A stretch of 64,000 nucleotides of DNA from Myxococcales bacterium (GTDB lineage: Bacteria; Myxococcota_A; Polyangia; Fen-1088). Location: assembly GCA_031423255.1 (NCBI GenBank), contig JANPFD010000022.1, positions 6,704 through 70,703 on the forward strand, read 5' to 3'. Made by a program: the position numbers and the translations under genes. The notes under the pieces were generated by a model, which made no database searches, was not told where the DNA came from, and was given only the letters and a program-made list of their open reading frames with translations. Below are positions 1 through 10,036 of the stretch, piece by piece (position 1 is the stretch's first letter; every line of letters starts with the position of its first letter).

Positions 1-156
1 GCGGCCAGTCTCCCGTGCCGTCGATGGGCGGCCCCGCCGTCGGGCCGGTCAGCGGCCCGTCCTCGATGCGGCAGTCGAGCGGCACGGCGGCTTCGAAACG
101 CGGTGCAGGCAGCGGTATCACGGATGACACCGCAAGGCCGCCGTACGAATAGACCA

Positions 157-1308
157 TCACCCATCCCGGCCGTAGCGGCGCGCGAGCTCTCCCACGCGGA
201 CGAGGGCGCTGTCCCGATCGACCACCACACCCGGAAAACGTTCGAGCAGCGCCGTCGCGATCTCGCCGTTGGTCATCCCGGACGACATCGCCGCGAGGAC
301 GTAGGCGTCCACCTGTCCGGCGTCGTTCAACATCACCCGCTGCTCGGGCGACGCTCGTCGCACGCGGGCCAGCGTCAGCTCCAGACCCTCCCAGTTCGAT
401 TGCTCGAACGCGGCCTTCTCCCGGGTCCCGGCGAATACCCGGGTCGCCCAGGCCCAGATGTATCCGCGGCCGACGAGATCCGCCCGCAGCTTCACCTCGA
501 CCCGGTCGCCCGGATCGAGCGGCACCGGATCGAGCCACGGCAGGAAGACCCGGCCGTAGACGGTCGGAGGCTCGGCCGGGTGATTCGAGAACCCGATGTC
601 GTCGGCGAGGACCGCGTCGAACCAGATCAGAAGACCCCGCGCGGTCGCAGCCCTGTCGGCGACGAGATCGAAGCGCGCGGCGACATGCGGGGAGTTGAGA
701 GTCGGGTAGTCGAGGGTCGCCCATCGAACGGGCTGGCTCATGAGCTCACGCGCCTCGATCGACGTGTCCGAGGACTGGTTGAGGAGAAGCCGCTCGGCCG
801 GACGCATGTCGAAGCCGAGGTCGTTGCCTTGCCACGGGCGGCGGGCGTGGGTGTACGCCTCCTCGGCCTCGACCACGGCGGCGAACAGGTGGTCCCGCTG
901 TCCGACAAGCACACCGTCCGGCGCGAGCAGGCGTTTCCGGATGTCGACGATGTCGACCAAATGCGTCCCGTAGAGCGGGACCGCGCCGCGCAGATCCGAC
1001 ACCACGACGTCCGCTTGCTCGGGGAGCACGACCTCGGACGAATGACGCTCGAAGAACGTCACGCGATCGGCGAAGCCGTTGGCCTTGACCACCTCGCGGG
1101 CCATCTGGATGGCGGGCAACGGCTCGATCGCGTACACGCGGCGCGCGCCGAGACGGCACGCGAGCAGAGCCATGACCCCCGTGCCTGTGCCGATGTCGAG
1201 TACGACGCTGTCTGGCCGTACGACGCTATGAAGAGCGCGGGCGAAGGCATCCATGCGGACGCGGTCCGCCATCATGCGACCGAAGCTCCGGACCGTGTAG
1301 TGCGCCAC
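157..1308 (-). CDS. Class I SAM-dependent methyltransferase, PRMT-like (protein arginine N-methyltransferase-like core with ~180 aa C-terminal extension)
   Basis: Motif I VLDIGTGTGVMALLACRLGARRVYAIE and post-I/II acidic residues resemble PRMT/PrmA-type Rossmann MTases. Long ORF in a codon-biased frame. The antisense ORF 103..1515 is Arg-rich junk. Confidence 0.7.
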   Translation of the reverse strand: MAHYTVRSFGRMMADRVRMDAFARALHSVVRPDSVVLDIGTGTGVMALLACRLGARRVYAIEPLPAIQMAREVVKANGFADRVTFFERHSSEVVLPEQADVVVSDLRGAVPLYGTHLVDIVDIRKRLLAPDGVLVGQRDHLFAAVVEAEEAYTHARRPWQGNDLGFDMRPAERLLLNQSSDTSIEARELMSQPVRWATLDYPTLNSPHVAARFDLVADRAATARGLLIWFDAVLADDIGFSNHPAEPPTVYGRVFLPWLDPVPLDPGDRVEVKLRADLVGRGYIWAWATRVFAGTREKAAFEQSNWEGLELTLARVRRASPEQRVMLNDAGQVDAYVLAAMSSGMTNGEIATALLERFPGVVVDRDSALVRVGELARRYGRDG

Positions 1309-1342
1309 CGGTCTCCGGACTCAGCACATCTTCGGGTTCATG

Positions 1343-1370
1343 TCTGGACTGAAACAGTCCGGATTGTTTT
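1343..1370. other. Second hairpin GGACTG-aaa-CAGTCC (extendable to ~9 bp) followed by T-run on + strand, in 5' region of PRMT-like gene
   Basis: Read directly. Would act as an intrinsic terminator only for plus-strand transcription. Confidence 0.25.
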
Positions 1371-1468
1371 CCCGCACGCTCCCAATGCTGCCGGCGACAA
1401 GAGCCGTGGCGCTGCCGAAGTACGTGAGTTTTGGTTTCACGTACGGCTTGCGTCCTCGTTGATCACTC

Positions 1469-1498
1469 GAGAATGGCTGAACCCCCCCAGCCATTCTC
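1469..1498 (-). terminator. 11-bp perfect stem-loop GAGAATGGCTG-(aacccccc)-CAGCCATTCTC immediately 3' of asnB-like stop
   Basis: Read directly. Overlaps the stop codon of the asnB-like gene. No U-tract follows on the minus strand. Confidence 0.3.
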
Positions 1499-3376
1499 AG
1501 TTCCTCGGTCCGTAGTCAGGGGGCGAACCGCGCGCGCGTGCCATGAAGAGGCCGAGCGCCGCCACCACACCGAGAGACTCACGCGTGTCGACGGGCCAGG
1601 TTTCTTGCGAATCGGCATGCCGAATCTGCGCTTCGAGACATGCGACGTCGACGAACGGTGCCACGTGATTTCGGGTGTACTCTAGCACACCGCGTAGCCA
1701 CGCCACATTGAGCTGGAACAGCCTGTCGCGGAATGGCTCGTGCAGCGCGGGTGCCCATCGGCGCCAGCAGACAGGGTGGGGCAAGACCCCCTCCATGCTC
1801 CGGCGCAGGAGGCTCTTGGGCCACCCCTCGCTCTCGAGGTCGGCCCACGACGAACCGACGCAGAATTCCACGACGCGGCGGTCGAGCAGAGGGTGTCGGG
1901 CCTCGACTGACTGGTGCGCGGCCGTGCGGTCGTACCGCTCGACCCCCGCCTGCAGGAAAGACGAGCAGATGAGGGCGCGTTGCACCTCGTCGGCCGAGGA
2001 TCGAATGAGCGGCGCTGGTCGGATCTGCTCCAGCGTATGCCTCAGCCGGCCGGGCACGTCGACCTGGCGTATCAGGTCCGGATGGATGAACCCGTTTGCC
2101 GATGAAGGCTGGTAGCGGGGTACTCCCGCGCGTCCACGCCACTGTCGCAGAGCGCGCCCGGCGCGGGTCTCGAGCGCGGTTTCCCTCAGCAACGACTCGA
2201 GACCGAAGCGCCACAGAACCTGGAGCGGCGTTTCACCCGACCACCGCGCCCGTCCGCTGGCCGCCTTCCAGGCGGCGCGCGCCCGTCCTTGCAGCAAGGC
2301 CTCCGAGAGTCCCTCCCCCTTGCCGAAGATCAGGTCACCGTCGATGCCGTCCAGCACGACGTCGATGCCACGCGCGCGCGCCTCCGCCCAGGCGAGGAAC
2401 TGGATGTCGTGCATTCCGAAGTCGAAGGGTTCCTCGCAGGTGCTGGCCAGGTCGCGGACCGCCGGCACGAATCGCTCGAGCTCCGATGGACGGATGTAGA
2501 CCGCAGACGTGCCGACGTGGTCGGCGACCTGCCGGATGAGCGCCGTCTCGTGACAGCCTTCGTCGTCGGAGATGCCCGACAGGGTGACGAGCGGCCTGGG
2601 CGCCAGCGCGACGATCGACGAAGAATCGATGCCCCCGCTGAGCATCGCCGCGGGGCGAGCGACATCCCGCAGGCGACAAGCGACAGCCTCGGTCAACAGA
2701 TCCCGGACGTGTTCTCGACGGTCGCCGTCGGAGCGGAACCGTAGCCCGGTGTTCACGTCGGGCCACCAGTAGCGCCGGACGGTCACGTCCTCCTCGGTGA
2801 CTGCCAGCCAGTGACCCGCCGGAAGACGGAGGACGCCACGGTAGAACGTATTGGTGGGGTCGCTGCATTCGAAGAAGCCACCCAGCAGGTAGTCCGCGAC
2901 CCGCCCAGGATCGATCGCCCCCAGGAGACCAGCTGCGCTTGCCACCACGCTGGCATCGGACGCGACGATCACGCGCGCGCGATCGACCGCGTAGCTCAGC
3001 GAGCGCACACCGAGTGCGTCCCGAGCGCACAGCAGCAGGCGCTGGTCTGCGTCCCACAGGACGAATGCAAAATCACCGAGGAGCAAGGGCACCGCGTCCC
3101 GGCCCCAGCGCCGGTAGGCGTGCAGGACCAGCGTGGCGTGATCGGGCACCTCGTCGGGCCGCAGATCGAGGCGCGACAGCAGGTCACCCGCGTTGTCGAG
3201 GCGGACGTCGGCATCGATCGCCAGCCCTCCGAGGACTGCCCCGTGACCGAGGCCCACCGGGCCGGCCGACCAGACCTTGCCCGGCCCCATGCCGCGACGG
3301 CGCATCTGCCGCGACATCGCGCCGAGCGCCGCCTCGTCCACGGGGGCGCGATCGCGTCGAAAGAGGCCGCAGACGG
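1497..3376 (-). CDS. Asparagine synthetase (glutamine-hydrolysing) family amidotransferase (AsnB / beta-lactam-synthetase-like)
   Basis: N-terminal nucleophile Cys directly after the start (VCGLF...), GDFAFVLWD glutaminase motif and PP-loop SGGIDSS. Start assigned at GTG ~3376, immediately after the upstream gene's stop. The ORF-track upstream extension is not coding. Confidence 0.8.
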
Positions 3377-3379
3377 CTC

Positions 3380-4570
3380 TCAGGAGAAGAGCCCCTGAAA
3401 CATGGGCATTCGACGCAGCTCGCGGAAAAGCGGCGCCGTGGCGAGGTCCGCAGGAGGTTCCACGCCTTCGCCTTCTAGGAAAAGTCGCAGAGCGCGCAAC
3501 GAAGGCTCGTCGGCTGCCGGCAGGCCGACCACGCTCGGTTCCCAGGCCTGACCGCCTGCCTGAAGCTTGAGCGTCAGCCGGGACAGCTCGTCGACCCACC
3601 GGACGATGGTGTCGGCGGCGGGAGCGGATATGTCGTAAGCGGCGACAAGTTCCAGGATGTGACGGCGGCCGAGCGCGTTCATCAGCAACGCCAGGAAGAA
3701 GCGGTGCCCGGGGTCCGTCACGTTGGCGCGCCGCGAGATGACGTGATCGACCCGGCGGGCCTCGTGGAGAGCCGCCCCGAAGGCATCGGCCAGCTCGGGA
3801 TCTTGCACCCGTCCGACGAGCCGCGCGAGCCGCGCCTGGTCACCGCTGCGGGCGATCCGGCGCAGACCGACGAAGCAGGTCAACGGATCGGCGCGCTCGA
3901 TGAGCGCACCTTCCAGGCTTTCGCGTTCCGGGTGCTCGCCACGTTCGAGCAGCGCGGTCAGCTGCACGATCCGTTCGCGCCACTCCTCGCGGCGCAGCTG
4001 GTTCACCGCCAGACCGGGACGGTAGTAGTTGTACTGCGGGCCGGCGCGCTCGTCGGAGTAGGTGCGCACCACGATGGTGGCGCTCGGGCGTTCCAGATGG
4101 AACAACGAGTGGATGAAGGCTCGTCCGGCGACAATCGGGCGTATGTCCCCGCGCCTCAGCAGCCCGACCTCGCGGCCGAGGAGCGATCCCAGGACCACAT
4201 CCTCGTTGACGCGGCGGCGGGGTTCGAACTCGAAGCGGGCCTGGACGCTGCTCCCCTCGAGCACCTGGAAGGCGCCGGAAAAACTGTGCTGGTGGATGGT
4301 CGTCGTGCCGTCGAGCCAGAACAGCACCATGATCGCGAAGCGGCGCCCGGCGAACACGGTCAGCGGCGGCTGCCCGAAGGTGGCGTCCACGTCGTGCTGC
4401 GCAGGCAGGGCTCGGGTCGTCAGCCCCCACCGCAAGACGTCCGTCGCCGAGACTTGCCCGGGGAGGTTGGCTGCGGCCAGCTGTTCGGCCGCAATCTGGG
4501 TGAACGCGTCCTCGGCGTGGTGTGCACGCTCCCACGCCAGCTCGACGGCGTCACCCAGCTCGACGAAGGG
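3380..4570 (-). CDS. Hypothetical protein, possible cupin-like fold (His-rich IHQHSF...E, ...FIHSLFHLE)
   Basis: Long ORF between E1-alpha and asnB on the same strand. The N-terminal 84 codons of the track ORF overlap the E1-alpha gene in another frame, so the true start is ~4570 (alternative start codon). No confident family assignment. Confidence 0.45.
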   Translation of the reverse strand, partial: PFVELGDAVELAWERAHHAEDAFTQIAAEQLAAANLPGQVSATDVLRWGLTTRALPAQHDVDATFGQPPLTVFAGRRFAIMVLFWLDGTTTIHQHSFSGAFQVLEGSSVQARFEFEPRRRVNEDVVLGSLLGREVGLLRRGDIRPIVAGRAFIHSLFHLERPSATIVVRTYSDERAGPQYNYYRPGLAVNQLRREEWRERIVQLTALLERGEHPERESLEGALIERADPLTCFVGLRRIARSGDQARLARLVGRVQDPELADAFGAALHEARRVDHVISRRANVTDPGHRFFLALLMNALGRRHILELVAAYDISAPAADTIVRWVDELSRLTLKLQAGGQAWEPSVVGLPAADEPSLRALRLFLEGEGVEPPADLATAPLFRELRRMPMFQGLFS

Positions 4571-4572
4571 CT

Positions 4573-5664
4573 TCAAGGTGCTGTCTTGGGGCTGCGCGCC
4601 TCGGCCTCCGCCTGCTGCTCCGCGAGATGCCAGGGGATGTCTGCGTAAACGTCCGAGAACATCGTCGCCAGCGGCGGCGCGGGCGGCACCTGCTCCACTT
4701 CCTTCAGCGTCGCCGTGAACTGCTGCTCGAAATCGGCGCGGAACCTGGTCTCGTCGGCCTCGCTCCAGAGGTTGCGCGACTCGAGGTACTTGCGGAAGCG
4801 GGGCAGGGGATCGTGCGGCTCCCACTCCTTGGGCTCGCTGGGGTCACGGTAGACGGAGGGGTCGTCGGACGAGCTGTGGGCGCCCCGACGATAGGTGCGG
4901 GCCTCGATCAGCGTCGGCCCGTCGCCACGGCGGGCGCGGGCTGCCGCCTCGGCAGTGGCGTGCACCATCGCCAGCGGATCGTTGCCGTCGACCAGCACGC
5001 CGGGCATGCCGTAGGCGATCGCCTTCTGCGCGAAGGTGACGGCGGCCGTCTGCACCGAGCGCGGCACCGAGATCGCCCAGCCGTTGTTGCGGCAGACGAA
5101 GATGCAGGGGGCCTTGCGGACAGCGGCGAAGTTGCAGGCGACGTGGAAGGCGCCTGTCGAGGTGGCGCCGTCGCCGAAGAAGGTCAACGCCACGTCGTCC
5201 TTGCCCGACAGCTGTGCGCCCATGGCGATGCCGACCGCCTGCGGGATCTGCGTGCCGACCGGCGAGCTGATCGACACGAAATTCAGCGATCGAACCGAGT
5301 GGTGCACGGGCATCTGGCGGCCCTTCACCGGATCCTCGGCGTTGCCGAACAGCTGGCACAGGAAGGTGCGCAGCGGGTAACCCCGGTACAGCGCCGACGA
5401 CGTCTCGCGGTACGAGGAGTAGATCCAGTCGCCCGGGCGCAGGGCCGCGGCGGCGCCGACGGCGACCGCCTCCTCGCCAGTGGAGGTCAGGTAGAACCCG
5501 ATGCGGCCCTGGCGCTGTAGCCGCAGAAGACGCTCGTCGAGCAGCCGCGACAGCAGGATGGTCTCGTACATCTTCCGGAGGGTCGCCTCCGGGAGGCCCG
5601 GATCACGGTCCGGGCGCACCACCCGGCCGTCGTCGTCGAGCACCTTGATGACCTCGAGGTTCAC
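4573..5664 (-). CDS. TPP-dependent 2-oxoacid dehydrogenase E1 component, alpha subunit (pyruvate/acetoin/branched-chain E1-alpha family)
   Basis: YLTSTGEEAVAVGAAAAL and GDGATSTGAFHVACNFAAV (GDG-x25-N TPP-binding motif), 363 aa. No E1-beta gene follows. Confidence 0.85.
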   Translation of the reverse strand: MNLEVIKVLDDDGRVVRPDRDPGLPEATLRKMYETILLSRLLDERLLRLQRQGRIGFYLTSTGEEAVAVGAAAALRPGDWIYSSYRETSSALYRGYPLRTFLCQLFGNAEDPVKGRQMPVHHSVRSLNFVSISSPVGTQIPQAVGIAMGAQLSGKDDVALTFFGDGATSTGAFHVACNFAAVRKAPCIFVCRNNGWAISVPRSVQTAAVTFAQKAIAYGMPGVLVDGNDPLAMVHATAEAAARARRGDGPTLIEARTYRRGAHSSSDDPSVYRDPSEPKEWEPHDPLPRFRKYLESRNLWSEADETRFRADFEQQFTATLKEVEQVPPAPPLATMFSDVYADIPWHLAEQQAEAEARSPKTAP

Positions 5665-5685
5665 AGGTAGACCTTACCACTCCAT

Positions 5686-6127
5686 GAAGCTGCGCTTGCG
5701 CGACGTCATCAGTTACGAGGGCAAGGACTACATCGTCGAGGGTCTCTTGACGTACAAGCTGGGCGGCAAGGTGTACCGCCTGGCCCGCGCGGTCGACGGT
5801 GTCGACGTCCGCTGGATCGAGCCGCTGACGGACGACGCCGACGACCGGATCCTCTGGTTCAGCGACGCCAAGGACCTGGACATGGCCACCCCCCCGCCGC
5901 AGACCATCTCGTACCGCGGTAAAAGTTACCTGCCGCGGCTGTCGGGCCAGGCGCAGGTGGCCGTCGAGGGCAAGGTGCCGGAGCGTTTCGCCGGCACGTG
6001 CGAGGTGTGGCGCTACCGCGCCGCTGGCGACCTGTTCCTGCAGATCGAGAAGTGGCCCGACCGCACCGTCACGCTGACCGGCGAGGGGGTTCACAAGAAC
6101 ATGATCGACGTGCTCCCGGGAGCCTAG
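5686..6127 (+). CDS. Small conserved hypothetical protein (~147 aa)
   Basis: ATG at 5686 ([31 protein letters not shown]...). The upstream part of track ORF 5501.. overlaps E1-alpha and is not coding. Confidence 0.5.
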
Positions 6128-6129
6128 CC

Positions 6130-6876
6130 ATGCACAAGCTCGTACTGCTGCGACACGGGGAGAGCGACTGGAACCGCGAGAACCGGTTCACCGGCTGGGC
6201 GGACGTGGATCTGTCCGAGACCGGCCTCGAGGAAGCGAAGGCCGCCGGCGCGTTGCTCAAGCGCGAGGGCTATGTCTTCGACCACAGCTTCACCTCCGTG
6301 CTCAAGCGGGCCATCCGGACGCACTGGCTGGCGCTCGAAGCGCTGGATCAGCTGTGGCTGCCGGTCGAGCGATCGTGGCGGCTGAACGAACGGCACTACG
6401 GCGCCTTGCAAGGGTTGAACAAGGCGGAGACCGCGGCCAAGTACGGCGACGAACAGGTGAAGATCTGGCGGCGCAGCTACGACATCCCGCCGCCGGCGCT
6501 GGACAAGAGCAGCCCGCACTATCCGGGCAACGATTCGCGCTACACGAACCTGTCGCCTTCCGAGTTGCCGACGACCGAGTGCCTGAAGGACACGGTTGCC
6601 CGGTTCCTGCCGCTGTGGCACGAGCGGGTAGCGCCGCTGGTCAAGTCGGGCAAGCGCGTGCTGATCGCTGCCCACGGCAACAGCTTGCGCGCGCTGGTGA
6701 AGTACCTGGACGACATCTCGGAGCAGGAGATCGTCGAGCTGAACATCCCCACCGGCATCCCGCTGGTGTACGAGCTGGACGACCACCTGAAGCCGATCCG
6801 CCATTACTACCTGGGCAATCAGGCCGAGATCGAGGCCAAGATGAAGGCCGTCGCCGCCCAGGGAAAAGCGAAGTAA
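6130..6876 (+). CDS. gpmA: 2,3-bisphosphoglycerate-dependent phosphoglycerate mutase
   Basis: [23 protein letters not shown]..., RHG catalytic motif and full-length dPGM similarity. ATG at 6130. Confidence 0.9.
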   Translation: MHKLVLLRHGESDWNRENRFTGWADVDLSETGLEEAKAAGALLKREGYVFDHSFTSVLKRAIRTHWLALEALDQLWLPVERSWRLNERHYGALQGLNKAETAAKYGDEQVKIWRRSYDIPPPALDKSSPHYPGNDSRYTNLSPSELPTTECLKDTVARFLPLWHERVAPLVKSGKRVLIAAHGNSLRALVKYLDDISEQEIVELNIPTGIPLVYELDDHLKPIRHYYLGNQAEIEAKMKAVAAQGKAK

Positions 6877-7347
6877 CTACTTTCGAAGCTGCTTTTCCAG
6901 CAGCTTGTAGGCCGCACCGAGCTTCTGCGAGAGCTCGTTGGCGGCCTTCTGCTTTTCGGGCGTCTGTACGTGGCGGTCGGGGTGGTACTTGCGCATCAGA
7001 GTCCGGTACGACTTGCGCACGGTCTCGAAGTTCGAACCCTGGGGCACCTCGAGTGCGGCGTAGGCGCGACGGATCTCATCGCTGTGGCTTGGGGACGGCG
7101 GCGGGGGCGCGGCGCGACTGGTGGGGCGCGGGCGTTCGGTCCGTGCGGCCTTGGCGGCCGTTTCCCGCGCCTTGCGCCGGCGCTCGAGTTCGGCCTCGAG
7201 TTGCTCGTCCGTCAGCGTGTTCATGCCGTAGCGGCGGTAAAGATCATCGTCGGGATCGTGCGCCTCCGATGAGGAACTCCCCGCACGTTCGAGCAGGTCA
7301 TTGAGCTCGGCCCGCGCGAGGTCGATGAGACGCTTCCCGATGCTCAT
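6877..7347 (-). CDS. J-domain (DnaJ-like) protein with C-terminal J domain
   Basis: C-terminal YRTLMRKYHPDRH... AAYKLLE matches the J-domain HPD motif. Pro/Ala/Arg-rich linker. Convergent with gpmA. Confidence 0.65.
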   Translation of the reverse strand: MSIGKRLIDLARAELNDLLERAGSSSSEAHDPDDDLYRRYGMNTLTDEQLEAELERRRKARETAAKAARTERPRPTSRAAPPPPSPSHSDEIRRAYAALEVPQGSNFETVRKSYRTLMRKYHPDRHVQTPEKQKAANELSQKLGAAYKLLEKQLRK

Positions 7348-7369
7348 GCCGCGTAATTTATCACTTCAG

Positions 7370-7792
7370 CTATTTGTTGTAGGGCTCGCCGCGCAACGAG
7401 GAGATGCAGCGGTAGATCTGCTCGCAGAGCACCACCCTGGCCAGCCGGTGGGGAAGGGTGAGAGGCGAGAGCGACAGGCGACGCTGGGCTTTCGCCACCA
7501 CATCGGCGGGAAGGCCTTCGGCGCCGCCGATGAGGAAGACCACCGCGCGGGACCCACGCAGCATCCGTTCGCCCAGGAAGTCGGTGAACTGCCGCGTGGT
7601 CCAGGCATCGCCGCCGGGCTCGAGCGCGATCACCTCGGCGCCGGCAGGAAGCTGCTTGACCAGCGCGGCCGCGTCGTCGACCTCGGCCACCTCGACGGAA
7701 AGGTGCCGGCGGGCCCGGTCGACGTACTCGCGGCATAGCTCGTCCAGGCGGCGGTCGCGCATCTTGCCGACCGCGCGAACGAGGATTTTCAT
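7370..7792 (-). CDS. rlmH: 23S rRNA (pseudouridine1915-N3)-methyltransferase RlmH (SPOUT)
   Basis: 140-aa SPOUT fold typical of RlmH/YbeA. Immediately downstream of rsfS, as in the conserved rsfS-rlmH arrangement. Confidence 0.85.
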   Translation of the reverse strand: MKILVRAVGKMRDRRLDELCREYVDRARRHLSVEVAEVDDAAALVKQLPAGAEVIALEPGGDAWTTRQFTDFLGERMLRGSRAVVFLIGGAEGLPADVVAKAQRRLSLSPLTLPHRLARVVLCEQIYRCISSLRGEPYNK

Positions 7793-8329
7793 CTAGAGCG
7801 CGTAAAGAGCGTCGCTCTGGTACAGCTGGGCTTCGGGAGGGATGGTCAGCGGCACCCGCGCGGCGTCGATCCACAGCCCCTCGATGTCATACACTTCGCG
7901 CACCGGGTGATAGAAGACGTGCATCACGACGTCGCCGAAGTCGAGCAGCGTCCAGCGGCCGTTGCCGCGGCCCTCCCGGCCGAGCAGGCGCCAGCCACGG
8001 CTCTGCATCGTGGCAATCACGTTCTCGGAGATGGCGTCGACCTGGCGGTCGCTCCGGCCGCTGACCACGCCGATGAAGTCGGTGTAGCTGGCGGTCGCGG
8101 AGACGTCCAGCAGCACCGGCAGCAACGCCTTTTTCTCGAGCGCGGACTCGATCGCAGCCTGCGCCGCGTCACGCGACGCGCGCACACGTGGGCCAGCTGA
8201 CGCGACGACGGGGACCGGGGCCCGGTTGACCGGCTGTTTCCGAGGCTTGGGAGAGGGGGTCTTTTTCTGGCCGGGGCGCGTCTTCGTCACGTACCTCCTC
8301 ATCGTAGCAAAGGCCCGGGGTTGCCTCAA
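7793..8329 (-). CDS. rsfS: Ribosomal silencing factor RsfS (Iojap family), with basic N-terminal extension
   Basis: LLPVLLDVSATASYTDFIGVVSGRSDRQVDAISENV...WTLLDFGDVVMHVF is Iojap/RsfS-like. Confidence 0.8.
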   Translation of the reverse strand: MRQPRAFATMRRYVTKTRPGQKKTPSPKPRKQPVNRAPVPVVASAGPRVRASRDAAQAAIESALEKKALLPVLLDVSATASYTDFIGVVSGRSDRQVDAISENVIATMQSRGWRLLGREGRGNGRWTLLDFGDVVMHVFYHPVREVYDIEGLWIDAARVPLTIPPEAQLYQSDALYAL

Positions 8330-9174
8330 TCACCGGGCGATGCGGGCGGCGCCGCGCCGACAGGCCGGTTGCGCCAATCGGTCTCGAAGCGATCCACCAG
8401 CGCTCCCAGGTAATCCTGGCCCAGGCCGGAAAGACGCTCTTCGACCAGCCGGGTGGCGCGGTCGAGCCAGCGGGCATTGACGGCGCCTTCGGGTCCCGTG
8501 CGCTCGGTCTCGTCGAGGATGACGTCCGGGTTGCCGCCGCTGGCGCCGAATCTCTGGACGGCGGCCGCCATGCGTTCGCCGATCCATCGGGGCGCCTCCA
8601 GAAGCGAACGGCCCAGCACCTTGCCTCCATCGCGGAAGACGTTCACCAGCGCGGTCTTCTCGGAGCGCTCGATGCAGGTGAGGATCAGCTTGTGCAACTG
8701 AGCGGCGTCCGGGCGGGTGATGGCACCACCGACGTGTAGCCGCGCGCAGTAGTGATCGACCAGGGTCGCGAACTGGAAGGTGGTGGCCATCTCCTCGGCG
8801 CCGCGACCGGCCGCCAGCAGCACGAAGACCTTTCGCCAGGCCAGCTTGATGGCGATCAGCGCCGCGGCGGTCAGGGTGACGTTCTTCAACGCCGAGCCCT
8901 CGCGCGGGTCGGCCAGCAGATCGGCGGACGGCTGCGGCAGGTCGACGTGGCGGGTGGCGGCCAGGCGCATGAACAGTCCGGCGCGGATCCGGCCGGCGAC
9001 GATGTCGTCCATCACCGGCAGGGGGACCAGCCCGCCGACCGCGCTGGACATGAGCGATCGACGCACGATCAGCGAGCGGTTCTCGGCAAGATGCGCCAGC
9101 CGCGCGGGATCACGCGGCGTCACGGGCTCGGCACCGATCATGGGGGGCAAGGGTCCATTCGACTGTCCGCTCAT
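8326..9174 (-). CDS. Hypothetical protein
   Basis: ORF in the operon frame. Start ATG 9174 (MSGQSNG...) overlaps the upstream stop (ATGA). The N-terminal 125 codons of the track ORF are rejected as an overlap. No NadD HxGH motif, despite the position usually held by nadD. Confidence 0.45.
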   Translation of the reverse strand: MSGQSNGPLPPMIGAEPVTPRDPARLAHLAENRSLIVRRSLMSSAVGGLVPLPVMDDIVAGRIRAGLFMRLAATRHVDLPQPSADLLADPREGSALKNVTLTAAALIAIKLAWRKVFVLLAAGRGAEEMATTFQFATLVDHYCARLHVGGAITRPDAAQLHKLILTCIERSEKTALVNVFRDGGKVLGRSLLEAPRWIGERMAAAVQRFGASGGNPDVILDETERTGPEGAVNARWLDRATRLVEERLSGLGQDYLGALVDRFETDWRNRPVGAAPPASPGD

Positions 9175-9998
9175 CGCAAGTCCTTCCCCAGAAGCGCTCG
9201 TTCGTCGAGAACCGTGCGTTGTCGCTTGCGCAGCTCTTCCGAGGCCGGGGGCGCGATCGTGGTCGTGCTGCCGATGCCGTCGAGCTGCGCCTTGACCGAG
9301 GTCTCGCCCGCCAGCAGCACGCCCTCGCGCTTGGCGGAGAACACCGACTCGAGCGAGAAGCTGACCAGCGCGCCCGACTGCTCGTCGAAGCGAGCCTCGC
9401 CGGTCAGGCTCTGCACCTCGACGCTGTCGCGCCAGCGGCGCAGGGCGGGCTCGTCGGCGCTGGCCGCCTGTGCCTGGTCGGCCTTGCCGATCTTGTACGC
9501 ACCAGGACCCGACGGCGTCACCGTGGCGAAGCGGCGGACGGTCTCCCACGCCGCCCAGGGTGCGCTGGCTGCTTCCTCCAGGAGGCGCGTCGGTTCCGGT
9601 TCCTGGGCAGGTCGGCGGATCATCCGGCCATAGCGCAGCGCGATCGCCAGCTCGCGGCCGACGAGCACCACCTCGCGCCCGCCATCCTGATCGTTGCTCT
9701 CGACCAGACGAAACTGTCCCTGCGCGTCGAGCCAGAGCTCGGTGTCCGTGGTCACCGAGTCGGGGGCGGCGGGCACCTGATTCGCCCCGGGCGGCGCGGC
9801 CGGACGCACGTGAAACCTGGCCTGACCCTTCAGATGGGCGCCGCGGAGTCCGCGCAGCTTCGCGACCAGGGCAGCGGGCCGCAGCGCGGTGTCCAGCGCC
9901 TCGTAGGGTGCCGTCAGCCGGGACGGCGTCGCCCCGTTCCCTTTGCAGGCCTCACCGGCGAGCGACATCGCGATCATTCCCAGAGCGATCCGCTTCAA
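9171..9998 (-). CDS. Hypothetical lipoprotein
   Basis: N-terminus MKRIALGMIAMSLAGEAC has signal peptide plus lipobox features. Confidence 0.5.
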   Translation of the reverse strand: MKRIALGMIAMSLAGEACKGNGATPSRLTAPYEALDTALRPAALVAKLRGLRGAHLKGQARFHVRPAAPPGANQVPAAPDSVTTDTELWLDAQGQFRLVESNDQDGGREVVLVGRELAIALRYGRMIRRPAQEPEPTRLLEEAASAPWAAWETVRRFATVTPSGPGAYKIGKADQAQAASADEPALRRWRDSVEVQSLTGEARFDEQSGALVSFSLESVFSAKREGVLLAGETSVKAQLDGIGSTTTIAPPASEELRKRQRTVLDERALLGKDLR

Positions 9999-10036
9999 GG
10001 AGCGCGGAATCTACCACTAAATGCTACCGTTGCCGG

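Noticed and set aside
103-1515. 470-aa plus-strand ORF
   Set aside because: It is antisense to the convincing PRMT-like methyltransferase gene. Arg/Pro-rich low-complexity translation is typical of spurious high-GC antisense ORFs.
1497-3599. Possibility that the AsnB homolog is a lasso-peptide cyclase (RiPP cluster)
   Set aside because: No transglutaminase-like B protein, PqqD-like RRE or short precursor ORF is nearby. The intact N-terminal Cys favours a genuine glutamine amidotransferase.
6886-6906. AAGCTGCT-tttcc-AGCAGCTT hairpin after gpmA
   Set aside because: It lies inside the convergent J-domain protein coding sequence and lacks a T-tract. Probably coincidental codon palindromy.
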